NCBI GenBank assembly: GCA_016213015.1
Contig: JACRCE010000011.1
Coordinates: 10,586-74,585 of the forward strand
Direction of reading: 5' to 3'
Source of the DNA: Deltaproteobacteria bacterium
GTDB lineage: Bacteria > Desulfobacterota > GWC2-55-46
Length of the DNA: 64,000 nucleotides
Numbering within the stretch: the stretch's first letter is position 1; each line of letters begins with the position of its first letter. Of the stretch, positions 1-9,205 are shown in pieces. A program made the translations under genes and the position numbers. The notes below the pieces were generated by a model. It saw only the letters and a list, made by a program, of their open reading frames with translations, ran no database searches and was not told where the DNA came from.

Positions 1-273
1 CCGCCGAGGTTGACGCCGACTATGGGAACCTTCCTGCCGGCGATGAGGCGCGCCGCGGCAAGCATGGTGCCGTCGCCTCCAAGAACTATCATGGCCTCGA
101 TTGCATCCGGCAGGTCGTCAAACGAAAGAGCCTCAGCCGCGCTTATCCTGTCCGCTAGGTACGGCGGTATGAAGACCTCTTTCCCCTTGCCCTTGATCCA
201 TACAGCCGCCTCGCGCCCAAAGGCAACGGCCTCGGCGGACGACGACTTTACCATGAGACCTATGCGCTTCATG
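1..273 (-). CDS. nadK: NAD(+) kinase, N-terminal part; 3' end runs off the window start
   Basis: The reverse-complement translation from the ATG at 273 reads MKRIGLMVKSSSAEAVAFGREAAVWIKGKGKEVF...MIVLGGDGTMLAAARLIAGRKVPIVGVNLGG, which contains the GGDGT motif diagnostic of NAD kinases. The 6-frame track does not list it because it is truncated at the edge. Confidence 0.8.
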
Positions 274-357
274 TCGCGCTCCCGTGAAAAGATAGGCTGT
301 AGGAAGAAATTATACGTGGCTAACAGTCTACAGCCTAACAGTCTACAGCCGGCAGTC

Positions 358-1374
358 CTACGGCTCTATCACGACCTTGAGCGAATCAGCGGCCTTAGCA
401 ACAAGACTAAAGCCCTTTGCCGTCTCGGCAAGCGGCAGACGGTGTGAAACCATGTCGCTGACCTTTACCCTGCCGGAAGCGATAAGGTCTATTGCGAGCA
501 TTGTATCATAAGGCGGCGAGGCATAAGAGTTGACAATGGTGATATTGTCCTTCCACAGATCGAAAAGCGGCATCGGATAGGTCTCGCCCGGCGCCTTCGG
601 CGCAAAGAACATCACGGCCCCGGCGCGCTCGACCGAGGCCAATCCCTGCGCTATGGCCGAGTCCGCGGAGGCGCATATCACAACTATGTCAGCTCCCCTG
701 CCAAGGCCGCTCCTTATCTTTTGAACCGCGTCCTTATCCGCCTTCACTGCGACGTCGGCCCCGGAGGCAAGCGCGGCCTCAATCCTGAAGTCGCTTATGT
801 CCGTGGCCGCTATCCTGCCGGCCCCAAGCGCCCTTGCGACTTTTATGTGCAACAGCCCGGACATGCCGCTGCCTATCACGAGCACGGTCTTTCCAGGCTC
901 CATTCCGCAGGCGCGAAGCCCCCTTATGACGCATCCCAAAGGCTCTGAAAAACTGCCCTCGACGAAACTAACGCTCTCAGGCAGGTGAAATACGCCCCTG
1001 TCAACGTTAATGGCCGGAACCCTGACGTACTCGCAAAACCCGCCGGGGTCGAAGTTGGTTGCGCGCAGCGTGTCGCACACCGAGTGGTTGCCTGACAAAC
1101 AATGCCTGCATGTGTTGCACGGCACATGATGCGCCGCCGTTACCCTGTCGCCGTTCTTGAAGCGTACAACCCCTGCGCCGACCTCGACAACGGTTCCGGC
1201 TATCTCATGGCCGAGTATGATCGGCGCTTTCTTTATGCGATACCACTCCATCACATCGCTTCCGCATATCCCGGAAGCCGCTATCTTGACGAGTATCTCG
1301 CCGTCGCCTATTTTTGGCGTAGGCACATCCTGTATGCGGACGTCGCTATTGTTGTAATATACCGCGGCCTTCAA
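358..1374 (-). CDS. Zn-dependent alcohol dehydrogenase (MDR family)
   Basis: The 338-aa ORF carries GHEIAGTVVEVG and the Cys-rich structural-zinc loop CNTCRHCLSGNHSVC, plus a GSGMSGL Rossmann motif. It overlaps the downstream aldolase gene by 4 nt. Confidence 0.85.
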   Translation of the reverse strand: MKAAVYYNNSDVRIQDVPTPKIGDGEILVKIAASGICGSDVMEWYRIKKAPIILGHEIAGTVVEVGAGVVRFKNGDRVTAAHHVPCNTCRHCLSGNHSVCDTLRATNFDPGGFCEYVRVPAINVDRGVFHLPESVSFVEGSFSEPLGCVIRGLRACGMEPGKTVLVIGSGMSGLLHIKVARALGAGRIAATDISDFRIEAALASGADVAVKADKDAVQKIRSGLGRGADIVVICASADSAIAQGLASVERAGAVMFFAPKAPGETYPMPLFDLWKDNITIVNSYASPPYDTMLAIDLIASGRVKVSDMVSHRLPLAETAKGFSLVAKAADSLKVVIEP

Positions 1375-2171
1375 GCGAACACCGTCTCCTTTTCACGCGA
1401 CAACGTATCAAACATGTCGTAAGCCTCTTTAAGCGGCAGATTGTTATGCACTATCTCGCGCACCGTGCGTATCATGGCAACCGGATGAGTAGACTGGAAT
1501 ATGTTGCGTCCCATGTCAACGCCGATTGCGCCGTGACTCACCGCGTCGAAGGAGAGCTTCAAGGCGTCTTTCTCAGGTATCTTCTTACCGCCCGCGATCA
1601 CAACCGGCACGGGGCAGTTCTTCACGACCTTCTCGAAGTCGTCGCAATAGTAGGTCTTTACGTAGTGCGCGCCAAGCTCTGCCGCTATCCTGCACGCAAG
1701 CCCAAGATACCTTGCGTCCCGCGCCATCTCCTTGCCGACTGCGGTTACGGCAAGCACAGGTACGCCATGCTCCTCGCCCTCGTTGACAAGCTCCGCAAGG
1801 GCAAGGAGCGTCTTTCTCTCAAGCTCCGACCCGACGAATATGGAAAGCGCGATGCCGGCCACGTTAAGCCTCAAGGCGTCCTTCATGGATACGGTCGTGC
1901 CTTCATCGGCAAGGTTTCCCAGTATGCTCGTCCCGCCGCTCACCCTCAAGACTATCGGGATGTCGGTGGCCGGATTGACGCACGCCCTTAAAACGCCCCT
2001 CGTGAGCATCAACGTGTCGGCGTAAGGCAACAGCGGCGCTATGGTCTTTCCCGGCTCCTGCAGTCCGGTAGTAGGCCCAAGGAAATACCCGTGGTCAACG
2101 GCAAGCATCACGGTCCTGCCGGTTTCAGGCCGTATTATCTTCGACAGACGATTCTTCATGCCCCAATCCAT
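1371..2171 (-). CDS. class I aldolase of the DhnA/LsrF family (fructose-bisphosphate aldolase / ADH-synthase-like)
   Basis: The 266-aa ORF has the LAVDHGYFLGP...VKTYY...IAGG layout typical of DeoC/DhnA-type TIM-barrel aldolases. A 4-nt overlap with the ADH gene suggests an operon. Confidence 0.7.
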   Translation of the reverse strand: MDWGMKNRLSKIIRPETGRTVMLAVDHGYFLGPTTGLQEPGKTIAPLLPYADTLMLTRGVLRACVNPATDIPIVLRVSGGTSILGNLADEGTTVSMKDALRLNVAGIALSIFVGSELERKTLLALAELVNEGEEHGVPVLAVTAVGKEMARDARYLGLACRIAAELGAHYVKTYYCDDFEKVVKNCPVPVVIAGGKKIPEKDALKLSFDAVSHGAIGVDMGRNIFQSTHPVAMIRTVREIVHNNLPLKEAYDMFDTLSREKETVFA

Positions 2172-2192
2172 AAAAATCCTCCTTATCTATGT

Positions 2193-2678
2193 TTAATTTA
2201 TACGTCTTACCCCGGCAGCGAAGCTTACCACGCGAGCGAGCGCGGCAACGGTCTTTCCCGATACAGGATGAACGAACTCCGGCGCTATCTCCTCAAGCGG
2301 CACAAGCACAAATGCGCGTTCATGGACAAACGGATGCGGTATCACCAATTCCGTGCCATTATACACGAGGCCGCCGTAAAAGATAATGTCAAGGTCGATA
2401 ATCCTCTCGCCCCAGCGCCTTGTTATCCGCCTGCCCATCGTTGATTCGATTGATTTGAGAAACTCAAGAAGCGCATCGGGCTCCAAAGCCGTTGACATCT
2501 CGACGACGGAATTTATAAACTTCTCTTGGTCAATCAACCCCCACGGCTCGGTTTCGTAAAGCGAGCTGCGCTTGACGACCCTTGCCTTTCGGACATTCGC
2601 TCCGAGCAACTCGACGGCCTTCAGGCAGTTAGCCTCCCTGTCGCCTGCGTTGGAGCCTATTGAGATGAATACGCGCAT
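2193..2678 (-). CDS. folK: 2-amino-4-hydroxy-6-hydroxymethyldihydropteridine pyrophosphokinase (HPPK)
   Basis: The internal start MRVFISIGSNAGDR followed by ...ETEPWG...IDLDII is the HPPK signature. The ATG is at 2678; the longer track ORF (to 2771) is an upstream in-frame extension. Confidence 0.85.
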   Translation of the reverse strand: MRVFISIGSNAGDREANCLKAVELLGANVRKARVVKRSSLYETEPWGLIDQEKFINSVVEMSTALEPDALLEFLKSIESTMGRRITRRWGERIIDLDIIFYGGLVYNGTELVIPHPFVHERAFVLVPLEEIAPEFVHPVSGKTVAALARVVSFAAGVRRIN

Positions 2679-2682
2679 TAAG

Positions 2683-2710
2683 ACCGTGAACCGTGAACCG
2701 TGAACCGTGA
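2683..2710. repeat. tandem heptamer (CCGTGAA)x4 immediately upstream of the folK start codon
   Basis: The sequence is accgtgaaccgtgaaccgtgaaccgtgaa. The same heptamer recurs near 19000-19030. Confidence 0.8.
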
Positions 2711-2777
2711 AGGCCATAAACCGTATAAAAGAAGAATCCTTACACGGTAACGGACAACGGTCACGCATCACGGCCCT

Positions 2778-4007
2778 TCAGAACTCCAACTCCAACGCCT
2801 TTAGCCGCTTCTTCATCTCCTCTATAACCCTGAACTCGTCGTCCTTGCCCTTTGCGGCGAAGGTGGCGGAAAAACGGAGGTATGCGCCCACGTCGTCCCA
2901 CGGCACGGACGATATGTGCGCCTCCTTTATCAGAAACTCGGAGACGTCCTCGGCTGAGTTGAACTTGACGTTGCCCTTTGCCCCCTTGGGTGCCTTTGCG
3001 TACATATAAAAAGAGCCTTTGGGCACTGACGCCGAAAATCTGCATTCGCTCAAGGCCTCGGCCATGAGCACGAGCCTTCTTTTGTACTTTGCCGCTATCT
3101 TTTCCGTTATATCGGGATTATCCAGCGCGTACACGCCCGCCTTCTGGATGGCGATGAACTGGCCGGAGTCGCAGTTGTCCTTGACATGCCCGAATGCGCC
3201 CACCACCTTCTCATTGCCAACGACAAAGGCAAGGCGCCAGCCGGTCATGTTGAACGCCTTTGAGAACGAATGTATCTCTATGCCGACCTCCTTTGCGCCG
3301 TCAACGGACAGGAAGCTAAGCGGCGCGGAATCGAAGGAGAGCGCCGCATAAGCCGCGTCATGCACGACCAGCAGCTCATGGGTGTGCGCGAACTCGACGG
3401 TCTCCTTGAAAAACTCGGTCGTCGCCGACGCGCCCGTGGGATTATTGGGATAGTTGATGTACAGGAGCTTGGCATTCTTGAGGTCAACAGCCTTTATAGC
3501 CTTGTAGTCCGGCAAGAATCCCCTCTCCTCGACCAGCGGCAGTTTAACGACGCGCCCGCCGTTCCACTCGGTATGCGTTCCGATTATCGGATACCCCGGC
3601 ACCGTCATAAGCGTTACGTCCCCCGCGTTTATAAACGCGTCCGGCAGCATGGCAAGCGCCGGCTTAGAACCGATGGAGTGTATGACCTCCTTTGCCGGGT
3701 CAATGCCTGTTACGCCGTAGACCTTTTCAAGATAGCGGGCCGCGGCCTCCTTCAACTCCATTATGCCGTTGTCGGCATACCCGCGGTTCTCCGGCTTTGC
3801 GCTCTCATGTTTCAGAGCCTCGACGACAATGGGAAACGCCATCTCATCCGGCTCGCCCACGCCGAAGTCAAGAAGCTCCATGGCCGGATTGTTCTTCTTG
3901 GCCTCGGCCTTTGCCCTCTTGATCTTCTCAAACTTGTATATCTTTGTATCCTTGCCAAAGCCCTTGCCGCCGATCCGCTCGGCAAAGAGCATCTGAATGT
4001 AGTCCAT
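2778..4007 (-). CDS. dapL: LL-diaminopimelate aminotransferase (methanogen/DapL2-type)
   Basis: The 409-aa ORF has N-terminal MDYIQMLFAERIGGKGFGKDTKIYKFEKIKRAK and PLP-fold motifs NYPNNPTGA...HSFSKAFNMTGWRLAF, which are characteristic of DapL. Confidence 0.8.
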   Translation of the reverse strand: MDYIQMLFAERIGGKGFGKDTKIYKFEKIKRAKAEAKKNNPAMELLDFGVGEPDEMAFPIVVEALKHESAKPENRGYADNGIMELKEAAARYLEKVYGVTGIDPAKEVIHSIGSKPALAMLPDAFINAGDVTLMTVPGYPIIGTHTEWNGGRVVKLPLVEERGFLPDYKAIKAVDLKNAKLLYINYPNNPTGASATTEFFKETVEFAHTHELLVVHDAAYAALSFDSAPLSFLSVDGAKEVGIEIHSFSKAFNMTGWRLAFVVGNEKVVGAFGHVKDNCDSGQFIAIQKAGVYALDNPDITEKIAAKYKRRLVLMAEALSECRFSASVPKGSFYMYAKAPKGAKGNVKFNSAEDVSEFLIKEAHISSVPWDDVGAYLRFSATFAAKGKDDEFRVIEEMKKRLKALELEF

Positions 4008-4041
4008 TAAAACTCTGCCTCCTGTTTATTGGCGCTCGCAA

Positions 4042-4821
4042 CTACGATTGACGCAACGCCGCAACCCGATTGACAAGCGCCCCTATCCCGGCGATGCTTA
4101 CCTCCACCTCGTCGCCCGGCTTTAACTTTCCCACGCCCGACGGCGTGCCCGTCGCTATACAGTCACCGGGCAATAGCGTCATTACGCGGGATACGAAACT
4201 TACCAGTTGAAACACGTTGAATATCATGTCCGCCGTTGACGTATCCTGCTTCAATTCACAGTTCAAGCGCGTCTGAATCCTTACGTCGAGAGGATTAAAC
4301 TCCGTCTCGATCCACGGGCCTATCGGCGCAAAGGTGTCAAAGCCCTTTGCGCGGGTATACTGCACGTCCTTGCCCTGCAGATCCCTTGCCGTTACGTCGT
4401 TGAAGCAACTATAGCCCAGAATATGCCCAACGGCCTCCTCAACAGGAACGTCCTTTGCCCTTGAGCCTATTACTATTGCAAGCTCTCCCTCGTAGTCGAC
4501 TCGCCGCGACATGTGGGCAGGGTAGATTATCTCCTCCCCCGGCCCTATCACGGCGGTAGAGGGCTTCATGAAAAGCATCGGCTCCTCGGGGAGAGGCTTA
4601 TTAAACTCGGCCGCATGCGCCCTGTAGTTCAAGCCTATCGCGACTATCTTAGACGGGACGCAAGGGGCAAGAAGTTTAACATCACAGAGCCGGTATACGC
4701 CAGTTTTTTTTATCGCATGAGCGCCTGACACAAACGGAGAGGTTTCAAGCGCATATACCAGATCGCCTTCCACCATGCCCCATGAAACAACGTCGCCGAT
4801 TGAAAACCTGCAAAGCCTCAC
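4042..4821 (-). CDS. fumarylacetoacetate-hydrolase (FAH) family protein
   Basis: The 259-aa ORF ends in the FAH-fold C-terminal motifs ...[17 protein letters not shown]. It overlaps argG by 4 nt. Confidence 0.75.
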   Translation of the reverse strand: MRLCRFSIGDVVSWGMVEGDLVYALETSPFVSGAHAIKKTGVYRLCDVKLLAPCVPSKIVAIGLNYRAHAAEFNKPLPEEPMLFMKPSTAVIGPGEEIIYPAHMSRRVDYEGELAIVIGSRAKDVPVEEAVGHILGYSCFNDVTARDLQGKDVQYTRAKGFDTFAPIGPWIETEFNPLDVRIQTRLNCELKQDTSTADMIFNVFQLVSFVSRVMTLLPGDCIATGTPSGVGKLKPGDEVEVSIAGIGALVNRVAALRQS

Positions 4822-6047
4822 CTTCCGCGCCCCTTGCCCGCGCCTTTGTCCATCATGGCCTTTATCTTGAGCCTCAGCGCGTTTATCTTTATAAACCCTT
4901 CGGCGTCCTTCTGGTCATAAACCGTATCCTCCTCAAAGGTGGCGAAGTCCGGGTGATAGAGCGACTTATCCGCCTTCCTGCCGACAACGGTCGCGCTTCC
5001 TTTATATAGCTTCATGCGCGCAACGCCGGTTACACCAACCGTCGCCTCGTCCACGAGGCGTTGCATGACCAGCCTCTCAGGCGAGTACCAGTAGCCGTTG
5101 TATATAAGCTCCGAATATCGCGGTGTTATGGAGTCTCTAAGGTGCATGACCTCCCTGTCCATGGTAAGCGACTCGACCGCCCTGCGCGCGCCGTGCAGTA
5201 TGGTCCCGCCCGGGGTCTCGTACACGCCCCTCGACTTTATGCCCACGTACCTGCTCTCAACCATGTCCACTCTGCCGATGCCGTGCGCCCCGCCGATCTC
5301 ATTCAAAAGCGCAAGGAGCTTTGCCGGAGAGAGCCGCTTTCCGTCAATCGACACAGGGTTGCCGTCCTCAAAGCCTATCTCCACGTAAACTGGTTTTGCG
5401 GGCGCCTTCTCAGGGGAGCACGTAATAACATACATATCCGCAGGCGGCTCGGCCCACGGGTCTTCAAGTATGCCGCCCTCGAAACTGATGTGAAAAAGAT
5501 TCCTGTCGGAGCTATAAGGCTTTGCCTTGGTAACCGGCACGGGTATGCCGTGAGTCGCCGCGTAACGCACGAGGTCGGCCCTGCCCTTCATGTCCCACTC
5601 GCGCCACGGGGCAATGACCCTTATATGAGGGTCAATGGAGTAGCAGGTCAGCTCGAACCGCACCTGATCGTTTCCCTTGCCGGTTGCGCCGTGGGAGACC
5701 GCGTCGGCCTTGACCGCCATTGCCACGTCCATCTGAGCCTTTGCGATGAGCGGCCTTGCGATGGACGTGCCTAGGAGATATGCGCCCTCGTAAACCGAGG
5801 CCGCCCTCAACATGGGAAATACGAAGTCCTTTACGAACTCCTCACGGAGGTCTTTTATGAATATCTTTTTAGCGCCGGTCTTTATCGCCTTTTCTTTAAG
5901 CCCGGCAAGCTCCGCGCCCTGACCGATGTCCGCTGAAAAGGCGATGACCTCGCAGTTGTAGCGCTCTATGAGCCACTTGATTATGACCGATGTGTCAAGC
6001 CCGCCCGAATAGGCAAGCACCACCCTCTTTACCGGGTTGTTCATCAT
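4818..6047 (-). CDS. argG: argininosuccinate synthase
   Basis: The 409-aa ORF has the N-terminal [11 protein letters not shown]-loop and is conserved along its full length. Confidence 0.95.
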   Translation of the reverse strand: MMNNPVKRVVLAYSGGLDTSVIIKWLIERYNCEVIAFSADIGQGAELAGLKEKAIKTGAKKIFIKDLREEFVKDFVFPMLRAASVYEGAYLLGTSIARPLIAKAQMDVAMAVKADAVSHGATGKGNDQVRFELTCYSIDPHIRVIAPWREWDMKGRADLVRYAATHGIPVPVTKAKPYSSDRNLFHISFEGGILEDPWAEPPADMYVITCSPEKAPAKPVYVEIGFEDGNPVSIDGKRLSPAKLLALLNEIGGAHGIGRVDMVESRYVGIKSRGVYETPGGTILHGARRAVESLTMDREVMHLRDSITPRYSELIYNGYWYSPERLVMQRLVDEATVGVTGVARMKLYKGSATVVGRKADKSLYHPDFATFEEDTVYDQKDAEGFIKINALRLKIKAMMDKGAGKGRGR

Positions 6048-6973
6048 TGCCGCTCATCCCCCTTCGTCAACAAAAATTCCAATACCGCCTTCTGCGCGTG
6101 CAAACGGTTCTCCGCCTGATCCCACACAACGGATTGACGCCCTTCCATCACCTCTTCGGTAATCTCCTCGCCCCTGTGCGCCGGAAGGCAGTGAAGGACT
6201 ATCGCGTCTTTGGCGGCTATCTTCAACACGGCCTCGTTTATCTGATAGCCGGCAAATGCCTTGCGCCTTTCGGTAGACTCGGCCTCCTGCCCCATGGAAG
6301 CCCATACGTCGGTATTCAGCGCCTGAGCGTCTTTGGCCGCCTCGACAGCATCATCGCACATCCGTATCTTGGCGCCCGGCCTTGATGCGGCCTCCTTAAA
6401 AAAAGCCTCGTCAGGCCGATACCCTTCAGGACAGGCCAGCCTTAATTCAAAGCCGAGAATGGAAGCGGCTTCTATCCATGAATTGGCCATGTTGTTGCCA
6501 TCGCCGATCCAGCAAACGCTCATGCCATCGTATCCGCCCTTTTTCTCGATGATCGTCATCAGGTCCGCAAGCACCTGACACGGATGATGCGAATCGGTAA
6601 GACCGTTGATTACAGGTATATCCGAGTACCTTGCAAACTCGGCGACTATGGAATGGGCAAATGTCCTTATAACCACCGCGTCAAGGTAGCGGCTCATAAC
6701 GCGGGCCGTGTCCTTGATCGGCTCGCCCCTGCCCATCTGCGAATCCTTCGGGCTGATGAAGATAGAGTAGCCTCCAAGCTGACTCATCCCCGCCTCAAAG
6801 GACAGCCGCGTACGGGTTGACGCCTTCTCAAACACGAGCCCAAGGGTCTTGCCGATGAGCGGCCTATACGGGATGCCTCTCTTTTGCCTCGCCTTGAGAT
6901 GAACCGCCCTTTTAAGAAGGGCGTCCAACTCATCCTTTGTCAGGTCCGATAATCTGAGAAAGTGCCTTGTCAT
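6044..6973 (-). CDS. argF: ornithine carbamoyltransferase
   Basis: The ORF contains the STRTR carbamoyl-phosphate motif and the HCLPA motif. It overlaps argG by 4 nt. Confidence 0.9.
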   Translation of the reverse strand: MTRHFLRLSDLTKDELDALLKRAVHLKARQKRGIPYRPLIGKTLGLVFEKASTRTRLSFEAGMSQLGGYSIFISPKDSQMGRGEPIKDTARVMSRYLDAVVIRTFAHSIVAEFARYSDIPVINGLTDSHHPCQVLADLMTIIEKKGGYDGMSVCWIGDGNNMANSWIEAASILGFELRLACPEGYRPDEAFFKEAASRPGAKIRMCDDAVEAAKDAQALNTDVWASMGQEAESTERRKAFAGYQINEAVLKIAAKDAIVLHCLPAHRGEEITEEVMEGRQSVVWDQAENRLHAQKAVLEFLLTKGDERQ

Positions 6974-6993
6974 GTTAGATTCAACCGTCCTCC

Positions 6994-8196
6994 TTACGCC
7001 TTTTGCACCGCCCCAAGCACCGTGCGCAATATTGCGATCATCTCGTCAATCTCGTCCTTCGTAACGGTAAGGGCGGGAATGAAACGGAGCACCTTGTCGC
7101 CTACGCAGTTCAAGAGAAGCCCTCTCGCCAAGCTCTCCCTTACTATGTCCGTGCCCTTTATCCCATCGGCAAGCTCCACGCCGATTAAAAGCCCCTTGCC
7201 GCGCACCTCGATTATGAAAGGATAGTCCTTCTTGAGCGCGTTAAGTTTCTCAACCAGATAGTCGCCTGACTTAACGCAGTTCTCCAGCGCGCCTTTGTTG
7301 ATAACGACGTTGAGCGTTGCCAGACCGGCCGCGGTTGCAAGCGGGTTGCCGCCGAATGTCGAGGCATGGGTCCCGGGGGTAAACGCCTTTGCAACGGCGT
7401 CGGCAGCTATCATCGCGCCTATGGCGACGCCGCCGGCCAGCCCCTTGGCAAGGGTCATTATATCGGGGGTTGCGCCCCAGTGCTCATGGGCAAAGAGTTT
7501 TCCGGTCCTGCCGACGCCTGACTGCACCTCGTCGAAAACGAGAAGTATGCCGGATGAGTCGCACACGGCGCGAAGTTCCTTGAGGTACGCCTCATGCGGC
7601 ACGTTGACTCCGCCCTCGCCCTGTATCGGCTCGACCATCACGGCGGCCGTTGAATCGTTAATGGCAGACTTTACGGCCTTTATGTCGTTGAACGGCACAT
7701 AAGTGAACTTTTCAAGGAGAGGGGCAAACCCCTCCTGAAACTTCTTTTGCCCTGTCGCGGCCAGAGCGCCGAAGGTGCGTCCATGAAAGGACTTCTCCAT
7801 CGTTATTATCTGAAACCTTTTGGAACCTTTCAGGCTAAAATACTTTCTCACGAGCTTCATGGCCGCCTCGTTGGCCTCAGCCCCTGAGTTGCAGAAAAAG
7901 ACCTTGTCCCCGAACGAATTGTCGGTCAGGAGCTTTGCAAGACGCGCCTGCGGCTCTATGTGATAAAGGTTCGATATGTGCAAGAGAGTACCGGCCTGCT
8001 CCCTGATTGCCTCGACCACGTCTGGATGACAGTGCCCGAGGTTGCAGACCGCAAGACCGGATGTGAAATCAAGATACTCTCTTCCGTCAGCGTCCTTAAC
8101 CCTCCTGCCGTCCCCGCTTACGATCGCAACCGGAAAGCGGCCGTAGGTGTTCATTACGTGGCTGGAGGTAAGCTCCATTATCTCTTTGTTGCTCAA
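6994..8196 (-). CDS. argD: acetylornithine aminotransferase
   Basis: The 400-aa ORF is a class-III aminotransferase with the DEVQSGVGRTG motif. Confidence 0.85.
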   Translation of the reverse strand: MSNKEIMELTSSHVMNTYGRFPVAIVSGDGRRVKDADGREYLDFTSGLAVCNLGHCHPDVVEAIREQAGTLLHISNLYHIEPQARLAKLLTDNSFGDKVFFCNSGAEANEAAMKLVRKYFSLKGSKRFQIITMEKSFHGRTFGALAATGQKKFQEGFAPLLEKFTYVPFNDIKAVKSAINDSTAAVMVEPIQGEGGVNVPHEAYLKELRAVCDSSGILLVFDEVQSGVGRTGKLFAHEHWGATPDIMTLAKGLAGGVAIGAMIAADAVAKAFTPGTHASTFGGNPLATAAGLATLNVVINKGALENCVKSGDYLVEKLNALKKDYPFIIEVRGKGLLIGVELADGIKGTDIVRESLARGLLLNCVGDKVLRFIPALTVTKDEIDEMIAILRTVLGAVQKA

Positions 8197-8228
8197 TTCG
8201 GATGTCCTTTCAGATGTTTTCGGTTGCT

Positions 8229-9098
8229 TTAATGAGCCGCGCCCCTTTTAAGCCCTATGGCCGTGCCGACCCCCTCATCGGTAAAGACCTCGAGGAGCAC
8301 GGCGTGTTCGACCCTGCCGTCAATGATATGCGCCGTGGTTACGCCTCCGGCCACTGCCTCCATGCAACAGTTGAGCTTTGGGATCATGCCGCCGACGGCA
8401 ACCTTTTTCGTTATCAGGGAGCGCGCCTCGGACAGGCTCAACGACGAGATGAGCTTCTTGTTCTTGTCCATGACGCCCGCTACGTCCGTAAGGAGTATCA
8501 GTTTTTCCGCCTTCAAGGCCGATGCGATCCTTCCGGCCACGGTATCGGCGTTGATGTTGTAGCTCTCGCCGTCATCCCCGGCGCCCACCGGCGCGATGAC
8601 CGGTATGAAGTTGTTGGCCTCGAGCGTCCTTATGACGGACGGATTTATGGCCGCGATATCTCCGGCAAAACCCATGTCCTCGCCCTTAATGGCGATCTTT
8701 TTTGCGGTTATCAGGCCGCCGTCCTTGCCGCCGATGCCCACGGCCTTGCCGCCGTAGTGGTTTATGAGTCCGACTATCTCCTTGTTTATCTTGCCGACCA
8801 GCACCATCTCGACCACGTCCATGGTCTCGTCGTCGGTTACGCGAATGCCCTTTACGAACCTCGACTCCTTGCCAAGGCGGGCAAGGAGAGAGCCTATCTG
8901 CGGCCCGCCCCCGTGCACGATGACAGGGTTGATGCCGACGTACTTCATCAGCACCATGTCGCGGGCAAAGCTCTTTTTGAGCCCCTCCTCGACCATCGCG
9001 TTGCCGCCGTACTTGATGACGATGGTCTTGTCGTTGAACTTCCTGATGTAAGGCAACGACTCGAAGAGCGTTCTTATCTTCTCTATGTTTTTTTGCAT
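8229..9098 (-). CDS. argB: acetylglutamate kinase
   Basis: The track ORF runs to 9152, but the conserved start [21 protein letters not shown]...KYGGNAM begins at the ATG at 9098, which has a GGAG-rich region upstream. Confidence 0.85.
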   Translation of the reverse strand: MQKNIEKIRTLFESLPYIRKFNDKTIVIKYGGNAMVEEGLKKSFARDMVLMKYVGINPVIVHGGGPQIGSLLARLGKESRFVKGIRVTDDETMDVVEMVLVGKINKEIVGLINHYGGKAVGIGGKDGGLITAKKIAIKGEDMGFAGDIAAINPSVIRTLEANNFIPVIAPVGAGDDGESYNINADTVAGRIASALKAEKLILLTDVAGVMDKNKKLISSLSLSEARSLITKKVAVGGMIPKLNCCMEAVAGGVTTAHIIDGRVEHAVLLEVFTDEGVGTAIGLKRGAAH

Positions 9099-9205
9099 GT
9101 TTGCCGTCCCCCGCTCCATCTGATAAAAAAAGAAACGCCACGGGGTGTCCATCTATGGACGCTGCATCGCCGTGGGTTTCCGTTTCGGATGTTTATGCCC
9201 TGCTG

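Noticed and set aside
10-447. 145-aa plus-strand ORF at the left edge
   Set aside because: It lies antisense to the well-supported nadK fragment and the ADH 3' end. It has Arg/Ala-rich high-GC shadow composition and no motif.
2683-2710. CRISPR array suspicion from the tandem ccgtgaa units and the many short repeats
   Set aside because: The units are 7 bp with no spacers. Elsewhere the repeats are palindromic hairpins or TIR elements, not regularly spaced 25-40-bp direct repeats. No cas genes are present.
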